This document shows positions 54,918-64,000 of a stretch of DNA of 64,000 nt, piece by piece (position 1 is the first letter of the stretch; every line of letters starts with the position of its first letter). The stretch is from the NCBI GenBank assembly GCA_951406725.2, contig OX597839.1, positions 35,960,001 through 36,024,000 of the forward strand, given 5' to 3'. The position numbers were made by a program, and so were the translations under genes. This DNA is from Octopus vulgaris. Its lineage: Eukaryota. A model generated the notes under the pieces. That model searched no databases. It saw nothing but the letters and a program-made list of their open reading frames with translations, and was not told where the DNA came from.

Positions 54918-55125
54918 TACGTGTGTGTGTCTGTGTTTGTCCCCCAACATCGCTTGACAACCGATGCTGGTGTGCTTACGTCCCCGTAACCTAGTGGTTC
55001 GGCAAAAAGAGACCGATAGAATAAGTACTAGGCTTACAAAGAATAAGTCCAGGGGTCGATTTGCTCGACTGAAGGCGGTGCTCCAGCATGGCCACAGTCA
55101 AAAGGACTGAAACAAGTAAAAGAGT
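54440..55125 (+). mobile_element. SINE family A with a nested element (54631-54837) in its central (TA)n
   Basis: Both SINE halves are intact; the insert matches 10573-10728. Confidence 0.9.
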
Positions 55126-55736
55126 ATCTTTTTATATATGTGTGTGTGTGTCTTCGCTATTTCCAAATCTGTGACAGTGAAAGAGAGAAGAGGAGGAGGA
55201 GGTGGAGGAAGAGGAGTGGAAGTGGGGGGGGGGAAACAGTAGCTCAAAACAAGAGGCAATGAAAAAGCCAGGTTGAAGAAGATCCCTTTAGTAATGATCC
55301 GGCAATGTTGCATACCAACGTGGTGATAAATCAACCACCAAACAAACAAACAACAACAACAAAAAGGACAACGGAGACAGATACAGAGAGACAATGACCT
55401 ACAAAACAACCGAGAGATTTGTTCAGCTGCTCTTACTTGACCCAGAATATCATATAACGTACAGAACATACCAACAGATAAGACAGGCGCCAATGATTAG
55501 CTGCCGGAAGGCGGGAAAACAACATTGTCCTTGTTGGCGTACATTTGCACTAGAAAATATGAAGGGACGTGCAAAAAAAAAAACGTATTGTGTGTGTGTG
55601 TGTATGTTAGGTTCGCTACTGTGATTTAATAAATTTATGTGCGTATTTTTTATGAACCAGTTTGTACTTGTGTTGATATGTTGTACGAATGACAAACGAC
55701 GACAGAAAGTGGTATTCAACACATTAGACCTGTGAG

Positions 55737-55779
<43 letters not shown>

Positions 55780-55832
55780 TATACAAAGAGAAAGAGGGAG
55801 GGAGAGAAAGAAATACAGGCACTATTTAAGAA

Positions 55833-56071
55833 GAGTGGTCCCGGTGCGCGCACTCGCGTACTCACGCATCCGCTCTACTAGTCGTGACTAGACGATCCTA
55901 CGACTAATTAGCGAAGTAAATAGAATACAAGATAAATTATTTTTTTACACAAAATAAATAATTTTTGTTAAACAAAGTAAATAAAACACAAAAACACAAA
56001 GTAAGGATCGACTAGTCACGACTAGCTAGTGCGGATACGCGAGTATGCGAGTGCGCGCACCGGGACCACTC
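55833..56071. mobile_element. MITE/foldback element with about 70-bp CpG-rich terminal inverted repeats
   Basis: GAGTGGTCCCGGTGCGCGCACTCGC... and ...GCGAGTGCGCGCACCGGGACCACTC; AT-rich spacer; no clear short TSD. Confidence 0.85.
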
Positions 56072-56331
56072 GAGAGAGAAATATATACAAACAGAAAGAG
56101 GGAGGGACCTTTTCACTTTGACCGGCAGATTTTAAAAATAATTTCTTTGTAACCAAACACCTTTAAACTTCGTATACTGGTGGAATGTGTCACGTAAAAC
56201 ATCTTTTTCTCTTGGCTTTATTGAGAAAATTCTATAGTTTGTAAGCTATTTGTTGTTAAATTTCTTGAATTTCGGCAATTTCAACCAATCAATGACGTCT
56301 ATTGAGGTGAATATATGTATCCTTTTTTAGT

Positions 56332-56525
56332 ATGTGACATCGTCTGTATCACTAGCGATTTTTCCCCTCTGTCTTCCCTTCTCGGGATCTTTCCTTCTCC
56401 TAGGTTTCCGACGAAGAGCTCCGCTCGAAACGTCAAACCCTCCTTCTTCCCTTCTTTCCTGAGCGTCTAATACTTTATTTGTTCCACGTCCTTGCGTTGT
56501 TGTCTTTTTGTTTTCTTGTTTGGAT

Positions 56526-56529
<4 letters not shown>
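56332..56529 (+). mobile_element. Family C repeat adjacent to (TA)n; hammerhead-like motif 56403-56439 with GUC triplet
   Basis: GGTTT-CCGACGA-A-GAGC-TCC-GCTC-GAAA-CGTC-AAACC. Confidence 0.78.
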
Positions 56530-56616
<87 letters not shown>

Positions 56617-56901
56617 TGGGGGTCTTGTCTTTCTGTCTGTGTTCCCCATCACCGCTAGACAACAGGTGTTGGTGTGTTTAGATACCCGTAACCTAGCGGT
56701 TCGGCAACAGTGTGCGGTAGAATAAGTACTGGAATCGATTCATTTAGTTAAAATTATTTAAGGCCGATCCCCGGCATGGTCACAATCTAATGACTGAAAC
56801 AAGCAAAAGATGAAAGACATACATACCTACATACATTCATACATATATGTATCAAAAGAAAAACAGGACGCAAAGGATTTTGCGGTACATATTCTTTTTT
56901 T

Positions 56902-57284
56902 CTTTTTACTTGTTTCAGTCATTTGACTGCGGCCATGCTGGAGCACCGCCTTTAATCGAGCTACTCGACCCCTGGACTTATTATTTTGTAAGCCCAGTAC
57001 TTATTCTATCGGTCTCTTTTACCGAACCGCTAAGTAACGGGGACATAAACACACCAGCATCGGTTGTCAAGCAATGCTAGGGGGACAAACACACACACGC
57101 ATATACATATATATACATATATACGACAGGCTTCTTTCAGTTTCCGTCTACCAAATCCACTCACAAGGCTTTGGTCGGCCCGAGGCTATAGTAGAAGACA
57201 GTTACCCAAGGTGCCAAGCAGTGGGACTGAACCCGGAACCATGTGGTTGGTAAACAAGCTACTTACCACACAGCCACTCCTGCG
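56902..57284 (-). mobile_element. SINE family A, full length
   Basis: Colinear with family A. Confidence 0.93.
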
Positions 57285-57528
57285 TTTCTGGTTTTATTGA
57301 ACAATTCATATCAATGCATAATTGATACAACATGTAGGTCAAAAGCCTTCTTCAGCCGCGTACAATTACCACACCAAAGACATGTATTACATTATAGCAG
57401 GTTTGAGAAAAAGTTTGAGAAAAAAAAGGGCTTCATTGGGAAGGTAAATCCTCATAGGTGTATATGGCATTGCGAGACACCAAAACTCAACATCCATACC
57501 GTTTTTTCACTCGATACATTAATACATA

Positions 57529-57842
57529 CATCATCATCATTGTTCGACCGTGGTCGAGACAATGGAATTTACTATGTTACGCCAGACTTCACGGTCCATC
57601 ATAGCATTACGGAGGTCCTGTTGCTGGATGCCTGTATCCCTGGAGATTACATCAGGGTAGGAGAGTGTGCGCCCTCTGGTATTGCGAGTAGATGCCTGTA
57701 TCCCTGGAGATTACATCAGGGTAGGAGAGTGTGCGCCCTCTGGTATTGCGAGTAGATGGCTTCCAGAGGAGAAGAGTAGAAATTACTTCTTTTTCAGCTC
57801 TACAACAATGTCCAGCAAACTGGACTCTCCTACCTTTCACAA
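57529..57842 (-). mobile_element. 5'-truncated RTE-clade LINE 3' end with (TGA)n tail and TSD
   Basis: Removing a 64-bp internal duplication, the minus strand reads VKGRRVQFAGHCCRAEKEVISTLLLWKP...SYPDVISRDTGIQQQDLRNAMMDREVWRNIVNSIVSTTVEQ*; AATACATACA on both flanks (57521, 57841). Confidence 0.88.
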
Positions 57843-58540
57843 TACATACATACATACATACATACATGCTGGATGCCTGTATCCCTGGAGATTACATCAG
57901 GGTAGGAGAGTGTGCGCCCTCTGGTATTGCGAGTAGATGGCTTCCAGAGGAGAAGAGTAGAAATTACTTCTTTTTCAGCTCTACAACAATGTCCAGCAAA
58001 CTGGACTCTCCTACCTTTCACAATACATACATACATACATACATACATACATACATACATACATACATACATACATACATACATACATACATGCTGGATG
58101 CCTGTATCCCTGAAGATTGCATCAGGGTAGGAGAGTGTGCGCCCTCTGGTATTGCGAGTAGATGGCTTCCAGAGGAGAAGAGTAGAAATTACTTCTTTTT
58201 CAGCTCTACAACAATGTCCAGCAAACTGGACTCTCCTACCTTTCACAATACATACATACATACATACATACATACATACATACATACATACATACATACA
58301 TACATACATACATACATACATACATACATACATGCTGGATGCCTGTATCCCTGAAGATTGCATCAGGGTAGGAGAGTGTGCGCCCTCTGGTATTGCGAGT
58401 AGATGGCTTCCAGAGGAGGAGAGTAGAAATTACTTCTTTTTCAGCTCTACAACAATGTCCAGCAAACTGAACTCTCCTACCTTTCACAATACATACATAC
58501 ATACATACATACATACATACATACATACATACATACATAC
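57622..58540. repeat. Composite tandem array: 4 x [about 157-bp RTE fragment + (ATAC)n]
   Basis: Unit starts at 57622, 57867, 58092 and 58333. Confidence 0.95.
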
Positions 58541-59026
58541 ACATATACACGCGCTTACAGACGAGTATGTGCATGCTAACATTTCTTCGTGTGCTGGTAT
58601 ATACAGATGCGTACGTTGTCGATGACAAATGCGAGGAGCCTACTTGAAACATTAACCTTTTGTCAGAAGAACAAGAGTCGCAACAACTTCGAGAACATTA
58701 GCAACAACGACGATGACGACGACTACAACAACAACAACAACAACAACAACAACAGCAACAACAACAGTGTGGCCTTTATGACTCAGAAAAATCACGATAA
58801 CCTTTGAACATCCTCGAGATATTCCTTTTATCTGCTGCAATCTAGTCGACAAACGCTAACCTCAATTCCACCATCTTGGCTTCATATCTCAGCGCCTTCG
58901 GTCGAGTATGTAGCAAGGTCGAATGCTCGAGTGGTTTCCATATATTTTGCAGTGGCCTACTTGAAATGTGTTTCTCTACTGATCTTGTACTATATTACGG
59001 TATATACGAGGTGCCTGTATTGTGAA

Positions 59027-59466
59027 GGCGGCGAACTGGCAGAAATGTTAGCACGCCGTGCGAAATGCGTAGCCGTATTTCGTCTGCCGTTACGTTCTGA
59101 GTTCAAATTCCGCCGAGGTCGACTTTGCCTTTCATCCTTTCGGGGTCGATTAAATAAGCACTAGTTACGCACTGGGGTCGATATAATCGACTTAATCCGT
59201 GTGTCTGTCCTTGTTTGTCCTCTCTGTGTTTAAAGGCGGCGAGCTGGCAGAAGCGTTAGCACGCCGGGTGAAGTGCTCAGCGGTACTTCGTCTGCCGTTA
59301 CGTTGTGAGTTCAAATTCTGCCGAGGTCGACTGTACCTTTCATCCTTTCGGGGTCGATAAATTAAGTACCAGTTACGCACTGGGGTCGATGTAATCGACT
59401 TAATACCTATGTCTGTCCTTGTTTGTCCCCTCTGTGTTTAGCCCCCTTGTGGGTAGTAAAGAAATA
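59027..59466 (+). mobile_element. Head-to-tail SINE-B dimer flanked by one 16-bp TSD
   Basis: Monomers start at 59027 and about 59235; GGTATATACGAGGTGC at 58999-59014 and 59467-59482. Confidence 0.9.
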
Positions 59467-59815
59467 GGTATATACGAGGTGCGTTCCAGAAGTTCTGAGC
59501 TGTTTTTTTTCTTTTTTGTAGAAGAGGTAGTTATAACAGTCCTAGATTATTGTAATTCTAGTTTATCATTATATGTGCCTGTTGCTATAGTTTCTCATAT
59601 ATGTGCCCGTTTCTATAGTAACAAGCGCGTTTTTCGAATTTTAACCAATCCTATGCTCTCTTTTGAGCTGAAATCATTTGCTGCGTCTAAAAACTGAGAC
59701 AACATCCGTATAATAATGTTTTCTTTTGACACATTCTACCAGTATACGAAGTTTTAAAGTGTTTAGTTAACTAGAAATTGTGTTGAAATCTGGCTATCAA
59801 AAGGAAAAGACCGGG

Positions 59816-60120
59816 CGTTGTGAGTGTTTATTGAGCGAAAACACCTAAAAGCTCCACGAGGCTCCGGCAGGGGATGGTGGTGATCCCTGCTGTACTCTTT
59901 CACCACAATTTTCTCTCACTCTTACTTCCTGTTTCTGTTGTACCTGTATTCCAAAGGGCCGGCCTTGTCACTCTCTGTGTCACGCTGAATATCCCCGAGA
60001 ACTACGTTAAGGGTACACGTGTCTGTGGAGTGCTCAGCCACTTACACGTTAATTTCACGAGCAGGCTGTTCCGTTGATCGGATCAACAGGAACCCTCGTC
60101 GCCGTAACCGACGGAGTGCT
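59816..60120. mobile_element. Unclassified interspersed repeat (diverged partial copy at about 1940-2060)
   Basis: Shared CCTTGTCA...CTGAAT.TCCC.GAGAACT..GTTAA...GTCTGTGGAGT.CTCAG segment. Confidence 0.65.
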
Positions 60121-61158
60121 TCCACACCATCAAAATCACCAACTCCGCCACCGACACCACAAACAGAGTTGTCTGTTCTTCGATTACTATCGCAATCAGC
60201 AGTAGCTTTCTTCAACCGAATACACGTCGTTTATTGGTTGAAATTACCCAAATACGACAACTTTAACACGAAATAACTTCCAAAATACCAAATTTTGTCA
60301 AAAACGTTCAGAGTAAACCGTATTCTACGCGAGAAATTCTACCAGTATTCGAAGTTTCAAACTGTTCAGTTAAAAGAATTAATTTTAAAATCTGTGATTT
60401 AGATGGAAGAGATCCAACACCAGCATCCTTACCACCACCACCACCACTGCCGATAACAAACCCCACCACCAATTCCAAAAACACGCCCACAACCAACCCC
60501 CACCCTCGGTCATAGAACCACATCGAGCATTACCACCGCCGACAACATCACGACCTACGCCACTACCATCACTACTTCCGCTCTCGCTACCACCACCACC
60601 ACCACCACCGCCGCCGCCGCCATCACGACCACCTCCATTTCTACCACCACTACCACCAACAACAACAACAATAAAACAACACCTCCACTGCCACCACCAT
60701 AACCTCCACCGTCGCTACCACCACCTCTACCACCAACACTGTCGTTACCACCACCACCACCACCACTACCCTCACTGCTACCACCCTCGTCACAGCCACC
60801 AGCTTCCCGTCACCCTCACTATCACCACCGCTAACACCCAGCACCACCACAGCCACCCCTGTACCCCCACCACTAACACCACTACCCCCAATACCACTGC
60901 CACTACCCCCAGTACCAACACCATCACCATTGGTTGACATAGCAACAACAGATGCGGACTGGAAGACAACCACAAATGTTTCTCATTACTTTCGCTGTCT
61001 TAACCAAGTTAATGTGTGTGCAAGTGCGTGCGTGTGTGTGTGTGTGTATGTGTGTATGTGTGCGTGCGTGTGTGTGTGTGAGGGGGTATTACTTGGTTGT
61101 AAGGTGTGACAGTAAGCATAGAGCGAGGGAGGAGATGGGATGGCGTGTGAGGAGGGCG

Positions 61159-61193
<35 letters not shown>

Positions 61194-61411
61194 CATTCCA
61201 TTCTGTTTCGGCAAATGTCCGCCACGGATGAGCACAGTTTTTCTTGTTTGCTTGTTTGTTAGTTCGTTTTGTTTGCTTCTCCTCGTTGTGCAGATGGTCG
61301 AACATAAAGGAGAAGGTTTCGAATTTTTGTACCGGAACACAAAGAATTGCCTTGAAAAGGTCAATCGAGTACAAGAACATAAAATTATTGATTTCTGTGA
61401 AATAAACGCAT

Positions 61412-61812
61412 AGGCGCAGGAGTGGCTGTGTGGTAAGTAGCTTGTTTACCAACCACATGGTCCCAGGTTCAGTCCCACTGCGTGGCACCTTGGGCAAGTG
61501 TCTTCCACTGTAGCCTTGGATCGACCAAAGCCTTGTGAGTGGATTTGGTAGACGGAAACTGAAAAGAAGCCCGTCGTATATATGTATATATATATATATA
61601 TATGTGCTTGTATGTTTGTGTGTGTGTTTGTCCCATCCAACATCGCTTGAGAACCGATGCTGGTGTGTTTATGTCCCCATCACTTAGCGGTTCGGCAAAA
61701 GAGACCGATAGAATAAGTACTGGGCTTACAAAGAATAAGTTCCGGGGTTGTGTTGCTCGATTAAAGGCGGTGCTCCAGCATGGCCGCAGTCAAATGACTG
61801 AAACAAGTAAAA
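61412..61812 (+). mobile_element. SINE family A, full length
   Basis: Colinear with family A. Confidence 0.93.
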
Positions 61813-62251
61813 TAGTAAACAATGATAGCCAAGCCATCTCTATATGGTAATATAAATAATATATAAATATCTACATACATATATGTACATACCTGCATAT
61901 ATATGTATATATACATGCATATATGGGTACAGGACATAAAAAAAAAAATGTTGAATACAATGAGAAACGAAACGAACTTATTTCAAACAACGAAAAAAAA
62001 CAACAAAGAAACGAGACATACAACATAAAGAATATTCCCCTTCTTCAGTTGTCCCTGTTTCATATACTCCACTTCCGAAGGCAAGGACAATACGCGACTT
62101 CTTTGAAACAATCCTTCCCACAAAGCAAATTAAATAAAATTTGGAATTTTTTGCGGAGGGTGAAAGTGGTAGTTCTATATGCTAGAAATAGCAACCAAAT
62201 AATTCCTAAATAACACCCTTTATTATCTTGAACGTGAAAGACACGTTAAAT

Positions 62252-62507
62252 CAGTGGTTCCCAACTATTTCTTACCAATGGATCCCTTTCATTGTTATCT
62301 CACTTGAGTGGACCCTCTTAGGCATTGGATTATGTTATTCTTTTATTTGTTTTAGTTATTTAACTGCGACCATGCAGTTATTACTAGGAATTGTCGAAAA
62401 AGTTGCTAAAATATTTTGTGCAATTTAAGAGTATGACCATCCATTTTAAACCTCAAAATATTATAGGGACCTCTAAGGGCCATATTGACCCCGGTTCAGA
62501 ACCACTG
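62252..62507. mobile_element. hAT (Charlie-like) MITE, older
   Basis: Termini CAGTGGTTCCCAAC / GGTTCAGAACCACTG; 8-bp TSD CGTTAAAT/CGTTAACT. Confidence 0.82.
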
Positions 62508-62565
62508 CGTTAACTGATATAGTCATAGATAAATATAAAATTCTCTGAATGGTCATAGCAAGAAC

Positions 62566-62608
<43 letters not shown>

Positions 62609-63139
62609 ACCCTCGGCCTTCACTGCACACTCAAGACTCCCTTGGAGATCTTTTCCCTTTGAACGGCAGATCGAGAAATTAATTTTTTGTAACTAAACAC
62701 TTTCAAACTTCGGACACTGGTAGAATGTGTCATATAAAACATCTTTTACTCTTAGTGTTGTTGAGAAAAGTTTGTATTTTCAAAGTTATTTCGTGTTAAA
62801 GTTGTCGTATTTCGGTAATTTCAACCAATCAATGACGTGTATTCAGGTGAATAAAATTACGACTGTTGTTTGTCAACAACTTCCGGCTGTTTATATTTTG
62901 TTTGTCATTATTATTTATCGCATATTTCATCTCTGTTACGTTTGTATGAATAAACGAGTGTATCTGAAGCATGGTTACTTCATGGCACCACCACAATCGT
63001 TCATGCATTTCTACTGCTTTCAGTTATTTTTTCCTTCCTGTTTTTCAGCTACTATTTCCGATCAAAGGGCGAAGGTAAAGAATGCGCACACTCGGTGTTT
63101 AGGGTTAGGGCTTTTGCTACGCCGAAAACGGGTGGTGTG

Positions 63140-63435
63140 TGTATTCTTTACCTCTGCCGATCAAAGCCTCGTAAGTGGATTTGGTGAACGGTAACTGAAA
63201 GAAGCCAGTCGTAAATATGTGTGTGTTCCCTACTACCGCATGAAAACCAGTGTTAGTGCATTTATATCCCCGTAACTTACTGGTTGCTCAAAAGAACCAC
63301 GATAAAATAAGTACTAGGTTTTTACAAAATAAGTAAGTACCAAGGTCAATTCCTTCAACTAGAATTCCTCGAGGCGGTGCTCCAGTATGGCCGTACTCTA
63401 ATGCCTGAAACAAGTAAGACGTAAAAGATAAAAGA
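63140..63435 (+). mobile_element. Diverged SINE family A (3' two-thirds)
   Basis: GGATTTGGT..ACGG.AACTGAAAGAAGCC ... GGCGGTGCTCCAG.ATGGCC ... CTGAAACAAGTAA. Confidence 0.75.
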
Positions 63436-63742
63436 TAAAAATAACATAATACTTTCGTAGAAATATTCTGGGAAGTCGCAGCAAACTAAACAGGGAGAGA
63501 AAAAAAACCGCTTTCCAAACAAGTAGAACATTGCATTTTAAAATGGCGCCCCTACGCTGCTTACTGCTACTTTGTTCAGCCATGCGCGCTGCTACAGATA
63601 CAGCCTGAAGACATTAGCTACAGCTCTTAAATTTCCACATCAAACGATTTTATTTAGAGCAACCGATGCTGGAATTTCGAAATTAAAAAAAGAAACCAGA
63701 GAAATTTCAATGAGGATTTTTTTTCTTCCTTTCTATGAGTGT

Positions 63743-63798
<56 letters not shown>

Positions 63799-63927
63799 TC
63801 GAAAGCTGGTTTTTATATATGATCGACATCGTACAGAAACTGTAATTTACATGTCACTCATGCACATATATATGTTATGTGTGAGTGTGTGTGTATGTAT
63901 ATGAATATATGTATGTTTGTATGTATG

Positions 63928-63981
<54 letters not shown>

Positions 63982-64000
63982 TGTGAAATTCGAGTTATGA

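Noticed and set aside
57622-58540. CRISPR-like repeat-spacer appearance
   Set aside because: Repeats are 157-bp LINE fragments, spacers are pure (ATAC)n, no cas genes, eukaryotic context.

Overview
Eukaryotic, AT-rich, microsatellite-saturated genomic DNA. The repeat landscape (two abundant tRNA-derived SINE families, very long (TA)n/(TG)n/(GATA)n/(CAT)n tracts) looks like an octopod cephalopod genome; this is an inference from recall, not a search result. Almost all ORFs in the supplied track are microsatellite artefacts. Supported coding features are: (i) two in-phase spliced exons on the minus strand (31494-31610, 30539-30689) of an amidohydrolase-superfamily enzyme resembling the mostly bacterial Atu3266/EF0837 deacetylases, poorly shown by the ORF track; (ii) an 844-aa low-complexity ORF on the plus strand (36177-38711) with a PLTGHR motif repeated three times, probably nested antisense within an intron of that gene; (iii) decayed transposon ORFs (DD37D Tc1/mariner, CR1 and RTE LINE 3' ends). 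There are also hAT and unclassified MITEs, a 5'-truncated tRNA-Glu(CTC) copy, and composite tandem arrays built from retroelement pieces plus microsatellites. The most unusual signal is a set of at least five short non-coding repeat families carrying minimal type-I hammerhead or hammerhead-shaped folds with variant cores (Penelope-like terminal repeats). Several sit in (TA)n tracts or inside SINEs, and one was inserted as an inverted repeat between 13-bp target duplications. All alignments and folds were done by eye.
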